From Candidatus Thorarchaeota archaeon (lineage in GTDB: Archaea > Asgardarchaeota > Thorarchaeia > Thorarchaeales > Thorarchaeaceae), in the NCBI GenBank assembly GCA_004524445.1, contig SDNP01000021.1, positions 1-55,458 on the forward strand: a stretch of DNA of 55,458 nucleotides, in the 5' to 3' direction. Of the stretch, positions 39,524-50,052 are shown piece after piece. The position numbers and the translations under genes were made by a program. The notes under the pieces are model-generated. The model was not told the origin of the DNA. It made no database searches and worked only from the letters and a program-made list of their open reading frames with translations. The first letter of the stretch is position 1, and every line of letters starts with the position of its first letter.

Positions 39524-40594
39524 CTAGACTAACATTCCATAGAGCAGGCCAGTAACGACACTCATGACAACAAGAAGTACGCCGTAAGCCAGAGTTCTTG
39601 CAGGTTTCATTATCTTGTTCACAACCAGAAGAGTTTGAATAGACACTGCAGGGTCAGCAATCAAGTATGCCATGAGGGGACCTGGATGCATCCCTAGCTG
39701 GAGAAACATGTCTGCTATTGGAACTTCCACAAGGGTCGGAAAGTACGCAACAGTTCCAAACAACACAGCAAAGAGATTCCCTCCAATGCTGTTTGTTCCA
39801 GCAAGGGCTACAATCAACTCTGCTGGGATCAACGGTCTAATTAAACCTGAGATGAAGACTCCGACCAAGAGTATGGGAAAGAGCATCCTGATGAAACGGC
39901 GAGTTTCTTTCATCCAGAATTTGAGCTCATTTCTGCCATAATATAGCATGGCAATAATAGCAGTGATGAGTGTGCTCACTGCAACCAGAATTATCTTAGT
40001 CAGCAAATCAACGGGTGCAGTGCCGAAGACCATTACCATCGTGAGAGAAAGGAAGAACGCCCCAGATTGATACCGACTGCGTTCTTTGGATCCCTCAGAA
40101 GTAGTATCGTCCTCTACCGTAAGCATATCTGAAGATTCTTTGCGCTTCTCTCTGAATATTGCCTCCATCGATATTCCTATGGCTATTGCAATTATTATGG
40201 ATAAGATCAACTTGATTACAGCAAATTCGGGGCCAATTACTGCTGCAGTGAGAGGGGTGGATAATAACGTAATCCCGGGTCCCGCAAATAAGAATGTGAT
40301 TGCAGGTCCAAAGCCAGCTCCCTTCTTCCATATCCCAGCAAAGAGGGGCAGTATCGTGCAAGAACATACTTCAAGAATAAGGCCGCTCATGGCTGCAAAA
40401 GAATAGGCTATAGCTAAATGCATCCGACTTGTACCCCCACCCATATACTTCGTGATAGTACTCTTGGGAATGAGAGCACTGAACGCGCCAGATATGAAAA
40501 ATGCAGGCAACAAGCACAATAGAACATGAGCGGAGAGATAGTCCCAAAGCGATTCAAGACCCGACAATAGAAGAACGTCAAGAATATTTTGCAT
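39524..40594 (-). CDS. ArsP/DUF318 permease
   Basis: HVLLCLLPAFF, VCSCTILPLF, YFPTLVEVP. Confidence 0.88.
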   Translation of the reverse strand: MQNILDVLLLSGLESLWDYLSAHVLLCLLPAFFISGAFSALIPKSTITKYMGGGTSRMHLAIAYSFAAMSGLILEVCSCTILPLFAGIWKKGAGFGPAITFLFAGPGITLLSTPLTAAVIGPEFAVIKLILSIIIAIAIGISMEAIFREKRKESSDMLTVEDDTTSEGSKERSRYQSGAFFLSLTMVMVFGTAPVDLLTKIILVAVSTLITAIIAMLYYGRNELKFWMKETRRFIRMLFPILLVGVFISGLIRPLIPAELIVALAGTNSIGGNLFAVLFGTVAYFPTLVEVPIADMFLQLGMHPGPLMAYLIADPAVSIQTLLVVNKIMKPARTLAYGVLLVVMSVVTGLLYGMLV

Positions 40595-40619
40595 CTAGAC
40601 ACCCTCATCCATATTAATC

Positions 40620-40639
40620 ATCGGATAATCTCGATATTT
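40620..40639 (-). promoter_or_regulatory. candidate ArsR operator upstream of the ArsP-like permease
   Basis: Reverse complement AAATATCGAGATTATCCGAT matches the acr3 upstream box. Confidence 0.6.
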
Positions 40640-40963
40640 CGATAATAAATATATTGGTATGTTCTGCACTGATACAGCTGGCGGGGTGTGGAAGGTATTA
40701 GTGAGAAATCACCATCGCAACCTATCATTGGAATTGAATGTAGTTAATATCAGGGGTATACCAACAGCTACAGCAAACTTGGAGAAACCTGGACATATAT
40801 GAGATGAAACGCAACCCATTGCCACTGAAATTGTAGAATAGCAGAAAATAGTTCATGGAAATTGTGGGTTTTCCTTGACAACTTGGGGGAATCCCGGCGA
40901 TTCTGAAGAAACCCAGCGCTCATGTGCATTGCGGGATTTAACCGATGCCAGTATTACATGAGC

Positions 40964-41974
40964 CTATTTGCTTGATGCATGTAATAGAGCTGTAAGATTT
41001 TCTTGTGGCGTCTTTATTGGGAAGTCACACCCACTGCTCAGAATGAAACCGCCACCATTTGACGCATCATGTATGCATTTTTCAGCGGCATTTTTCACTT
41101 CAGTGGAAGTTCCCCTCAGTAGTAGAGTTGTATCCACGTTACCAAGTAAAACAGATCGCTCATGAGCCGTCTGTTTCGCATTAGTCAAGTCAACTGCAGA
41201 GTCGATGCTTAGAACATCAGCCCCCGTATCACACATGTTTTCAACGATTTGATTCGTTTTTCCACAAATATGTAACGTCGCGGCTGCGCCATTTGAATGA
41301 ATTTGAGTGATCATCCTCTGAATATAAGGTGCTGAGAAGTCACGAAAGTATTGTGGAGAGATCACACTGTTGCTAGCAGTCGGCTCAAGGATCACTATAT
41401 TATGAGCTCCTGCCTCGATGAGTTGATTGAGGTAAGGTGTCAATATAGAGCGACATGAGCTCACAAAATCTTGTACGGATGCCTTGTCCTCCAGTGTCGT
41501 TTCCAACAATTTGGCAACTCCCAGTAGGTGACCAGCCAGAGTGAATGGACCAATTATGTAACTACTAACTAGGTGGGAATCACCCACTGCCTTGGAGAGC
41601 AGTCTTGTCGACTTGACAAAGACGGGAATTCTGGAATCTTTTGAATCCTCAAGAGAAAAATCTTCTATATCTTCCATCTCTTCAAGAGGGGACCTGTTTA
41701 TGTATGGAAGCTCATCTGGTGGAAATACAACTTCTGCACCAAGCGCCTCAGCCTCAACTGTTAAGTCCATGACATTTAGAACCCCATCGTATTTGAACTT
41801 CCTCATGGATTTTAGAAGGGCGTCTGATTGAGCTCTTGGATCAATCAAGAGGTCCTTCATTGGAATGCCTGTTATTGTTGAAGCATACACTCCTATGAGG
41901 GGGATTACCGGAATTCGCTCAGGTTCTTCAAAGCTCATGGTAGTATGAATCACATCAATCGGCTGCATAGTCAA
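40964..41974 (-). CDS. MtaA/CmuA (UroD family) corrinoid-dependent methyltransferase
   Basis: DLTVEAEALG, GPFTLA, Zn ligands LHICG...SGCD. Confidence 0.88.
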   Translation of the reverse strand: MTMQPIDVIHTTMSFEEPERIPVIPLIGVYASTITGIPMKDLLIDPRAQSDALLKSMRKFKYDGVLNVMDLTVEAEALGAEVVFPPDELPYINRSPLEEMEDIEDFSLEDSKDSRIPVFVKSTRLLSKAVGDSHLVSSYIIGPFTLAGHLLGVAKLLETTLEDKASVQDFVSSCRSILTPYLNQLIEAGAHNIVILEPTASNSVISPQYFRDFSAPYIQRMITQIHSNGAAATLHICGKTNQIVENMCDTGADVLSIDSAVDLTNAKQTAHERSVLLGNVDTTLLLRGTSTEVKNAAEKCIHDASNGGGFILSSGCDFPIKTPQENLTALLHASSK

Positions 41975-42133
41975 GACGCTGAACCTCTGAGTTTCTTATT
42001 TACATTGTTCATGAATATAACAGCATTGAAATGGATGTTGCCATGCAAGATGGCTGACTCGGGAACTTTTTCTCTGCAAAAAAACGAGAATGCTTATCTA
42101 GCGACATAAGGTCAATCTAGTGATGTGATTTGA

Positions 42134-43210
42134 TTGAAACAGAAAAAAATGCGAGCAGCCATTTTCCATGGTCCCAAGGACATCAGGGTAGAAACAATAG
42201 ACATTCCTACCCTCAATCCTGATTGGGTCTTACTGAAGGTTCATGCGGCAGGAGTCTGTGGAAGTGATTTACATCTCTATAAGGAGAAAACGGAGATCCC
42301 CATATCTTCAACTCTCGGGGAGGGCAAATACATTCCGGGCCACGAGCTCTCCGGCGAGGTAGTAGAGATTGGTTCTGATGTAGATAGTATTGAAATTGGC
42401 ACTCGTGTTGGAGTAGAACCGATTATTGGATGCGGTCACTGTAAGTGGTGCAATATCGGAAAGTACAACCTATGTGTCAATTACAAGCTTATTGGATTTC
42501 AATATCCTGGCGGCTTTGCTGAGTATTGCGCAGTACCAGAGGAAAAATGCCTGGTACTTCCCGATAACGTATCATATGAGGCAGGCGCAACTCTGGACTG
42601 CATTGCAGTTGCGGAACATGCCATAAGAAGAGCAAACATAGGCAATGAGGACGCTGTAGCCATTTTTGGGGCAGGAAGCATAGGCCTCTTTGCTGTACAG
42701 GCAGCCATAGCTGCAGGGGCAAGGAAAATCTATTCCATTGGTACACATGATTTCCAATTGGAGATGGCAAGGGAGCTGGGAGCAAGCATCGGCATTCATG
42801 CAAGGAAAGAAGACCCCGTGGAGAGAATCAACGACCTCACCTCAGGTTTTGGAGTTGACAAAGTAGTTGAGGCTGTGGGAGGCGAAACGACAGTGGTAAA
42901 TGATGCGATTAGAATTCTAAGAAACCAAGGTACACTCGTTGTTACTGGCATTTTCGTAAAACCTATTCCAGTAGACCTGTTTGGAATGCTCACCAAAGAG
43001 CTCACAATAACAACTGCGTGGGGCTATGAGCATTGGTCACATAGAAAGGAGTTTGAAGTTTCATTGGATCTATTAGCTAGTGGAAAGATCACTGCTGATA
43101 GGCTCGTGACCCACAAGTACCCTCTAGATGAGGTCAATAAAGCCTATGAGACGGCGATAGATAAGAGTGGAACTGAATCTGTAAAGGTTCAGATATCTTT
43201 TCCTGATTAG
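42134..43210 (+). CDS. zinc-dependent (MDR) alcohol dehydrogenase
   Basis: CGSD, GHE, C-x2-C-x2-C-x7-C, GAGSIG. Confidence 0.93.
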   Translation: MKQKKMRAAIFHGPKDIRVETIDIPTLNPDWVLLKVHAAGVCGSDLHLYKEKTEIPISSTLGEGKYIPGHELSGEVVEIGSDVDSIEIGTRVGVEPIIGCGHCKWCNIGKYNLCVNYKLIGFQYPGGFAEYCAVPEEKCLVLPDNVSYEAGATLDCIAVAEHAIRRANIGNEDAVAIFGAGSIGLFAVQAAIAAGARKIYSIGTHDFQLEMARELGASIGIHARKEDPVERINDLTSGFGVDKVVEAVGGETTVVNDAIRILRNQGTLVVTGIFVKPIPVDLFGMLTKELTITTAWGYEHWSHRKEFEVSLDLLASGKITADRLVTHKYPLDEVNKAYETAIDKSGTESVKVQISFPD

Positions 43211-43269
43211 AGCGCAACCGGGACTAATAGAGCACTGAGAAGAGCAGGAAACCACCGTAGGACAGGATT

Positions 43270-44049
43270 CTACTTCGGAGCAGAATAGACATCCTTGTAC
43301 CACTTCTTCTTGGTTCCAATCTTTGAACGAAGTTTCCAAGTGAGGGACTTGGGTTCTTCTTCGAGCCGAGATAAGGCGCGATCAATTCGTTCCGATATAA
43401 TCTCTCGATCCTCTTCCGTGATATGTTTGTAGTCGGGAAGTAGTTTGCTTACCTTTGCAAGGTTTGTCGTCACCGTGTGATAAAATCCCCAGTCATTTGC
43501 GAGGATACCGGCAATGTGGTCTATGTTTATCATGCCATCACTGTCACCAACATCGTGTTCTCTGAATAATACGATAGTATCTTTAACATCCTTATCACTG
43601 AGCATGACAATCTGCATCTTCTGCAGCAGAATCTCTGCTAGGGGCACCGTAGTAGGATGAATTTCTAACCGATTTCTGTAGTCTATTGTATGGCACATCG
43701 CCAGCTTATCTAAGAAGACATCAACATGTCTACCGTGGGTAGGGTCTAGAAAGATTAGTCTGCCTACCTGTCTGAAGCTGTAGTCGAGAATCCTAGTCTT
43801 GTATCCGAGGGTTTCAAAGAACTTCTCAATCTTCGAACTCTGTTTATCGTATCCTACAAAGTCAATATCGGAAATTTCTCTTTCCATCTTAATATGAAGG
43901 CTCTTGAACTCCGGACAACGGAGTCTAATGGCGATGGCCCCCATAACCCTCAGGACGATATCTTGTTTCTCTGCTTCTCGGAGAATTCTCATTCCTTCTT
44001 CTATATACTCGTCTTGAGGAGTTGAATTTGCATTCACATTGACCACCAA
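43270..44049 (-). CDS. nucleotidyltransferase-fold protein of unknown function
   Basis: MGAIA...REISDIDF and VDVF resemble Pol-beta-type NTase motifs; KDVKD. Confidence 0.75.
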   Translation of the reverse strand: MVVNVNANSTPQDEYIEEGMRILREAEKQDIVLRVMGAIAIRLRCPEFKSLHIKMEREISDIDFVGYDKQSSKIEKFFETLGYKTRILDYSFRQVGRLIFLDPTHGRHVDVFLDKLAMCHTIDYRNRLEIHPTTVPLAEILLQKMQIVMLSDKDVKDTIVLFREHDVGDSDGMINIDHIAGILANDWGFYHTVTTNLAKVSKLLPDYKHITEEDREIISERIDRALSRLEEEPKSLTWKLRSKIGTKKKWYKDVYSAPK

Positions 44050-44122
44050 ATTATATGTTACTTTAACTTCACAGCCGAATGCTTAAATATCTCTTGCGGT
44101 TCTCCGAGGGCGAGGTATAGAT

Positions 44123-45076
44123 TTGACCAGACTCTTCTTCTCTTGTGATGCCCATGGAAGCGTTCCAGTCCTACGAAAGATGGCCAGGGTGCATCAGAAA
44201 TACAATTGTGATGTTGTAATGATGTGTGGCGACTTGACCGGAAAGGCATTGGTTCCAATTATTGAAGAGAAACCTGGAGAATGGTGGTCCGCACCGTACG
44301 GAAAGAAGGAGAAGTACAAGTCGCAGGAGAAGCTTGATGAAGCAAAGAAGATGTATGAGAAGAGAGGATTCTATTGGTTTATGACCACCCAAGGCGAGCT
44401 GGAGGAACTCCAGCAGGACAAGGAGAGAGTTCAGGCGCTTTTTAACAAGCTAATGGAAGACAGAATGGAATGGTGGCTAGATTTTGTCAGGGATGCTGTT
44501 CCTTCCGACATCAAAGTAGTTATCTCTCCTGGAAATGATGATCATGAAGTGATTGATCATCTCATCAAAGAGAATGAACAGGCCATTTATCCTATAGAGA
44601 GGGTAGTACAAATAGATGACACTCATTCTATGATCAGTTGTGAATGGGTGAATACAACTCCTTGGGAGAATACTCCTCGCGAATGCTCGGAGGAGGAGCT
44701 TATGGATAAGCTGGAAACGGAGTTTGATAGGGTAGATAACTATGAGAATCTCCTTTGTAACTTCCATGCACCACCATACGGAACTAGAATAGACCTTGCC
44801 CCAAAGTTGGATGAGAATCTTCAGGTGAAGGTTCGTTTTGGTCGTCCCCCCATGGAAAATGTGGGTAGTACGAGTGTCCGAAAAGCATTCGAAAAATATC
44901 AGCCAATGCTTGGGCTCCATGGACATATTCATGAATCTGCTGGGACTGAACATATAGGCAGAACCCTCTGCATAAACCCTGGTTCAGTTTACCTACAAGG
45001 CATGGTCAATGCCTTCGTCATTGATTTGCCTGACGACTCCAGCGAAAAGGTGGAAGTCTTAAACGTTTCAGCTTGA
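44123..45076 (+). CDS. calcineurin-like (Icc-related) metallophosphoesterase
   Basis: DAHGS, GDLTGK, GNDD, HAPP, GHIHE, NPGS. Confidence 0.9.
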   Translation: MTRLFFSCDAHGSVPVLRKMARVHQKYNCDVVMMCGDLTGKALVPIIEEKPGEWWSAPYGKKEKYKSQEKLDEAKKMYEKRGFYWFMTTQGELEELQQDKERVQALFNKLMEDRMEWWLDFVRDAVPSDIKVVISPGNDDHEVIDHLIKENEQAIYPIERVVQIDDTHSMISCEWVNTTPWENTPRECSEEELMDKLETEFDRVDNYENLLCNFHAPPYGTRIDLAPKLDENLQVKVRFGRPPMENVGSTSVRKAFEKYQPMLGLHGHIHESAGTEHIGRTLCINPGSVYLQGMVNAFVIDLPDDSSEKVEVLNVSA

Positions 45077-45123
45077 CAAAAAAATAGCGTGATTGTATCA
45101 AGATAAATGCGGAATTACTCAAA

Positions 45124-45780
45124 ATGGCTTTGAAGGATAGTCGTGCGACAAATCTGGATCCAGACAATATTCGGAAAGTAATCTATGCTATCGATGCATA
45201 TCGAAATCATGTGTTTTACGATATATCATGGATTGATAAAATGGTTGAGAGCAAAACTCTCGGCAGAGAGTTTGCCGATATGTGGAAACCACTACGGAGG
45301 AAGATGATAAAGATGGCCAGTGTTACGGGAAGAATACCCGGACTTGTCCGACTTGCACGCATTCAATCCTATACAGAAGCGCTATGGCAATTCTCTGTGC
45401 CTATTCTTTTTATCATGCTGTTTGTGGGTCTCATAGCTCCAGGATTGCCATTGATTGGAGTAATTGCACCCTATGTAATGATATTTGCATTTGGGTCCGT
45501 TATTGTAGGAATTCTATCCCGCAGTCTTGTCGGGGGACGAATTGCTCAACGGATTAATCAGTATTATGAGGAGCACCCAGATGTTGACATCCAGAGAGAC
45601 CCTGATTTGCATAAAGCAGTTCAACATCTCATTGGAAAACTCCGACAGTATATCAAACAAAATGGAGAGGATCCTGAGGATCATCTCGTGGGGCTAGAAT
45701 CTCTGGATTACAGAGGCATTAAGGTTGTTAAAGAGCCAAGGCCATGGAGAAAATATAGCTTGGTTAAGGTTGTTATTTAA
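45124..45780 (+). CDS. hypothetical membrane protein (two TM)
   Basis: Central hydrophobic hairpin; lies between the phosphoesterase and permease genes. Confidence 0.75.
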   Translation: MALKDSRATNLDPDNIRKVIYAIDAYRNHVFYDISWIDKMVESKTLGREFADMWKPLRRKMIKMASVTGRIPGLVRLARIQSYTEALWQFSVPILFIMLFVGLIAPGLPLIGVIAPYVMIFAFGSVIVGILSRSLVGGRIAQRINQYYEEHPDVDIQRDPDLHKAVQHLIGKLRQYIKQNGEDPEDHLVGLESLDYRGIKVVKEPRPWRKYSLVKVVI

Positions 45781-45948
45781 CCGAGATGTAAATCACTTTA
45801 AGTTTCTATAGGGGCTTTGAAAAAACCTGTACTAAGTCGATGCTAATTGAGAACCCGTCTAAATATCTTAAAGTCAATTGATGAGTTTTCCGACTAATTT
45901 AAATATCGCGAGAGGCATATCTCCTCCGTTCAAAAGAAGGAGATTTGA

Positions 45949-47535
45949 ATGGAAAAGTCAACATCAGAAATTCTCTTTTTGCGACCTACGTCTGGATTGA
46001 CCAAGTACTTTGGCACTTGGACCTCATTATTTGCAATGATTGGAGCTAGTCTGGGTACGTTCCAGTGGCTCTTTGTTGGAACCCTACAGGATCTCTACCC
46101 GGGTATCGATGCGGGAATGTCCTGGGGGATAGGGATGGGGTTCATGCTAATTTACTCGGTCATGATTACGTTCCTGTCAATGGCCATGCCTCGTTCTGCG
46201 GGTATTTACCAGATATCAGCCCGGGGTCTAAACCCGGTAGCTGGAATTCTGGCCGTGTGGAGAGGTATAATTGCAAATCCGATCATCAAGATGAGTGAAT
46301 TCTACCTGTTTCTCGTCTTTCTTGGTGCTGCATTCGCAAATTGGGGCCAAGTAACAGCCAACCCAACTCTGACTTCTCTGGGAGTAGCATTTTCAAATCA
46401 GAGCCCTGCCGTGCTCGTTACGGTATCGATTGGATTAATGGCAATATTCTCGCTGATTGCATATTTGGGACCACTGTTCCGGGTGGAACCGTTAGTGCAG
46501 ATGGCCGGAGGTGTGTTTTCGACAATAGGCTGGATAATGGCAATATTTGTGCTTCTACTGACACCCGCATCTGCAGTTCCTGACGCGTGGAATTCAGTTT
46601 GGGGCGCTGGTGCTTATCAAGAAGTTCAAACGGTTGCCACGGCAGCTGGATATTCGCCAGCGGCATTTAGCATTGAGATGACATTACTTGCAACTATTTG
46701 GCCGATTGGTCTCGTTTGGCCCTATCTCATCCTCCATTATGGCGGTGAGATTTCTGATCCGGCAAAGAATCTTGTCATCACTCAAGTTGCGGGTGGAGCA
46801 ATTCTCGCAGTGCTGCTCACTTCTGCCGCGGGCCTGTTCCAGACCACTTTTGGAACATTTTCAACACAATACACCGTTGCGGCGGGCACTGGTAATTTGA
46901 CTCAAACCGGATACTTCCAAGCGGGACTCGGGACCTTTACTGCGATTTTGGCTGCGAATCCAATAATCTCTGGATGGATACTTCTATCGCCAGTTGTGAT
47001 AGGGTTAACAGCCACACCCATGAATATGGCCTGGGTAACAAGAGGATTCTTCCAAGCCTCACTCGACAGGATGATGCCTTCATTCTTTGGGAAATTATCG
47101 AGGTTCAACACACCAACATATGCAATCTTGTACTACTTCCTATTTGGTGCACCTTTCGCATTCGCCTATGCGGTGGGATTCGGTGGTTTCTTGAGTGTCA
47201 TAACTTCACTGGTCGGCCTCTGGGGTATAGAGATGATATTCCAGTCTATGGCTGCGTTGGGATTACCCTTCCTCAATAAATCGCTATATGAGGGAAGCAT
47301 AAGGAAACAACCTGAAATAGCGGGTTATTCCCTGATTTCGCTGCTGGGTGTGATAATATTGCCTGTATCACTCGCTGTAACCATCGGGTTCTTCCAAGGA
47401 GTGGCATTCTTATCCATCGTGTCGATGTGTGTGCAATATGGATTCTCCGGACTTTGGTTCGTGTATTTCGCCAAACGACTGGAGGATAAGGACATAGGAG
47501 TTAAGGCTGTATACGAATCCTTACCACCAGAATAA
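45949..47535 (+). CDS. APC superfamily (amino acid/amine) permease
   Basis: FLRPTSGL, AMPRSAGIY, YGGEI, DRMMP, TPTYA; about 12 TM segments. Confidence 0.88.
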   Translation: MEKSTSEILFLRPTSGLTKYFGTWTSLFAMIGASLGTFQWLFVGTLQDLYPGIDAGMSWGIGMGFMLIYSVMITFLSMAMPRSAGIYQISARGLNPVAGILAVWRGIIANPIIKMSEFYLFLVFLGAAFANWGQVTANPTLTSLGVAFSNQSPAVLVTVSIGLMAIFSLIAYLGPLFRVEPLVQMAGGVFSTIGWIMAIFVLLLTPASAVPDAWNSVWGAGAYQEVQTVATAAGYSPAAFSIEMTLLATIWPIGLVWPYLILHYGGEISDPAKNLVITQVAGGAILAVLLTSAAGLFQTTFGTFSTQYTVAAGTGNLTQTGYFQAGLGTFTAILAANPIISGWILLSPVVIGLTATPMNMAWVTRGFFQASLDRMMPSFFGKLSRFNTPTYAILYYFLFGAPFAFAYAVGFGGFLSVITSLVGLWGIEMIFQSMAALGLPFLNKSLYEGSIRKQPEIAGYSLISLLGVIILPVSLAVTIGFFQGVAFLSIVSMCVQYGFSGLWFVYFAKRLEDKDIGVKAVYESLPPE

Positions 47536-47559
47536 GGTCTACTAGAACCTACTCTCTCA

Positions 47560-47590
47560 GGGGAGGTTTACACCTCCCCATCTTTTCTTT
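47560..47590 (+). terminator. stem-loop plus T-tract
   Basis: GGGGAGGT-TTAC-ACCTCCCC then TCTTTTCTTT. Confidence 0.55.
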
Positions 47591-47758
47591 CATCAGAGTA
47601 TTGATGCGAAGGAAAGAAACTATGTAAAGAAGAAAGAGACACAAAAGCCAAAAATAGTGAAGCAAATGAGAACAAATCATCATAAGTCAAAGTTCCAGAT
47701 ACTTGAGCAACAGTATCTGAGCTAGTAATCAATCACATAGGTCATGAGGTGTACAAAA

Positions 47759-48403
47759 TTGACGTCGGATATTTTTAAGGAACTTAAAACTGCTGTAATC
47801 AAAGGAAAGTCAGACCAAGCAAGAAGCGCTGCCAAGAAAGCACTGGAAGAAGGAATTCCTCCGCTTGAGGTTATATCAGAGGGATTAGCCAAGGGAGTAC
47901 GAGAAGTAGGAGATCAGTTCGGTGAAGGTGAGGTGTTTCTGGTCGAGCTGATAGCATCTGGAAAAGCAATGAAGGCAGGTGTGGCTGAGCTGTTACCAGC
48001 AATTAAATCCTCCAAAAAAGAGATTGAAACAGCAGGTACTGTAGTCCTTGGAACTGTTGAGGGCGATATCCATAGCATTGGTAAAGATATTGTAGGAACC
48101 ATGTTAGAGGCAAATGGATTCGAGGTCATCAATCTCGGAGAAGATGTCCCAGCATCGGCTTTTATCGACAAAGCAAAAGAACACGACGCCGATATCATCG
48201 GACTCTCAGCTCTTCTCACTTCATCAATGCTAAGGCAACAAGAGATCATAGAGGCAATAAGAAAATCAGGCCTCGATAATGTGAAAATTATGATAGGAGG
48301 AGCGCCTACAACGAAGGATTGGGCGCAGGAGATAAAGGCGGATGGTTGGGCAGGAGATGCTGTTACTGCGGCAAATCTTGCAAAAGAATTAGCAAAGAAA
48401 TAA
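47759..48403 (+). CDS. methyltransferase cognate corrinoid protein (MttC/MtbC-like)
   Basis: GDIHSIGK (DxHxxG), LSALLT, IGGAP; GAGGTG SD before TTG. Confidence 0.93.
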   Translation: MTSDIFKELKTAVIKGKSDQARSAAKKALEEGIPPLEVISEGLAKGVREVGDQFGEGEVFLVELIASGKAMKAGVAELLPAIKSSKKEIETAGTVVLGTVEGDIHSIGKDIVGTMLEANGFEVINLGEDVPASAFIDKAKEHDADIIGLSALLTSSMLRQQEIIEAIRKSGLDNVKIMIGGAPTTKDWAQEIKADGWAGDAVTAANLAKELAKK

Positions 48404-48435
48404 GAACGAAATAGAAGAATAAAGGTGATTTAGAA

Positions 48436-49872
48436 ATGTACGAGCCGTTATCATATGATGAGATGTATGCCATTCATGTTGCCGCAAGTGAGATTCTTGA
48501 GCGCGTCGGTGTCATGATTCAACATGACGAAGCTCTTGAAATGCTTGAGAGGGCGGGAGCAACCGTCAATAAGAAAACCAAAGTAGCGAAAATACCGGAG
48601 TATTTGGTCAAGGATATGCTGAACAAGGTACCCAGCAGAGACCTGCTTCGCGCACGGAATGAGGACTATAATGTTCTGATTGGAGATGGAACTTCGTACT
48701 TCACTAATGCATTTGGGGCTCATTACACGATTGACTTGGAAACGGGCGAGCGGAGACTTGCCACGGTGCAGGACCTTGATGAATTCACCTTGCTTTCCGA
48801 CTATTTCTCAACAGTAGATTATGTGAAACCCAATATCATTCCCCAGGAGGTATCTCAGGATATTCTTCAGCAGGAAATGGCATTATCGATGTTCAAGAAC
48901 ACGGAAAAACACTGCAGTGTTTTTGCATTGACCCCCGCAGGATTCAGAGATGTAATCGAGATGACAAAAATTCTTGTGGGAGGAGAAGATGAGTTCATTG
49001 AGAATCCGTCTATCATCGACACCGGCTTCAACAATGTCCCACCACTGAAGTATACAAGAGAAATAATCGATATGGTTCTTGAGTGTGCAAAATATAGAAT
49101 CCCATTTGACATCAGTACGGGAGCTTTGGCCAGTGCCAGTGGGCCGGTTACTCTAGCAGGGATGATAGCACAAGGTATAGCTGAAAATCAGGCGGTTGTA
49201 GTAATCGCAGAGCTGGCAGGGCCAGGAACTCCTATCATGTGGGGTTCTTGTGGAACCATCCTTGATCAGAGGAGAGGAACTGCGGCATATGGATCGCCTG
49301 AGAATGGCCTCATCCATGCGGCGTTTGCTCAGATGGCAAGATACTATGGGTTGCCGTATTATGGAGCTGCAGGTGTCGTTGACTCAAAAGCCGCGGACCC
49401 ACAAGCAGCATATGAGAATATGATGAATGCGTTGATAGCAACACTTGCAGGCGCAGATGTAGTACATGATGGTGTGTATGGTATCTTGGAGGCAGGAATC
49501 ACAGCCTCCTATGAGATGTTTGCAATCAGTCATGATATTTGCTCAGCAATCAAGAGAGTTGCTGAAGGATTCCGGGTAACGAAGGAAACCTTGGCAGTAG
49601 ACATAATCGAGGCAGTGGGACATGGCAAGAATCACCTCACAAGTGATGAGGGCCTCGAATTCACCCAGAAACATGTCAGAGAAGAGCAATGGCACCCCTT
49701 GCTGACGGACAGAAGTTCTCGGCCAGACTGGGAAGCAAGAGGATCAAAAGACATGGTTCAACGAGCCCATGAAAAGGTCAAGGAAATTCTAGAGAGTCAC
49801 GAAGTTGACCCAATCGATAAAGAAACCGAAAAGAAGATGAGGCAAATAATAAAAAAGGCCAAGAAAGGATAG
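48436..49872 (+). CDS. MttB-superfamily methyltransferase, pyrrolysine-free
   Basis: SGPVTLAG, YGSPE, QMARYYGLP, DSKAADPQAAYE; no in-frame TAG. Confidence 0.92.
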   Translation: MYEPLSYDEMYAIHVAASEILERVGVMIQHDEALEMLERAGATVNKKTKVAKIPEYLVKDMLNKVPSRDLLRARNEDYNVLIGDGTSYFTNAFGAHYTIDLETGERRLATVQDLDEFTLLSDYFSTVDYVKPNIIPQEVSQDILQQEMALSMFKNTEKHCSVFALTPAGFRDVIEMTKILVGGEDEFIENPSIIDTGFNNVPPLKYTREIIDMVLECAKYRIPFDISTGALASASGPVTLAGMIAQGIAENQAVVVIAELAGPGTPIMWGSCGTILDQRRGTAAYGSPENGLIHAAFAQMARYYGLPYYGAAGVVDSKAADPQAAYENMMNALIATLAGADVVHDGVYGILEAGITASYEMFAISHDICSAIKRVAEGFRVTKETLAVDIIEAVGHGKNHLTSDEGLEFTQKHVREEQWHPLLTDRSSRPDWEARGSKDMVQRAHEKVKEILESHEVDPIDKETEKKMRQIIKKAKKG

Positions 49873-50052
49873 CATACTGACCCAATAAGAAACCGATTCG
49901 GACTGAGTATGTGCGTGCATACGTATTCACACATTATTGGGTATGATGATTACGCGATCTCTAGACACTCATACACCACTGAAATCAATCTTGAGAAACC
50001 ACATGTCGTTACCGGAGACTATTAGTCCCATTAAACATAGTTAATTATAGGG

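Noticed and set aside
40880-40940. AATCCCG/CGGGATT stem as a possible SECIS element
   Set aside because: No in-frame TGA in neighbouring genes and no proper SECIS core.
48436-49872. Pyrrolysine recoding in the MttB homolog
   Set aside because: The ORF has no internal TAG.
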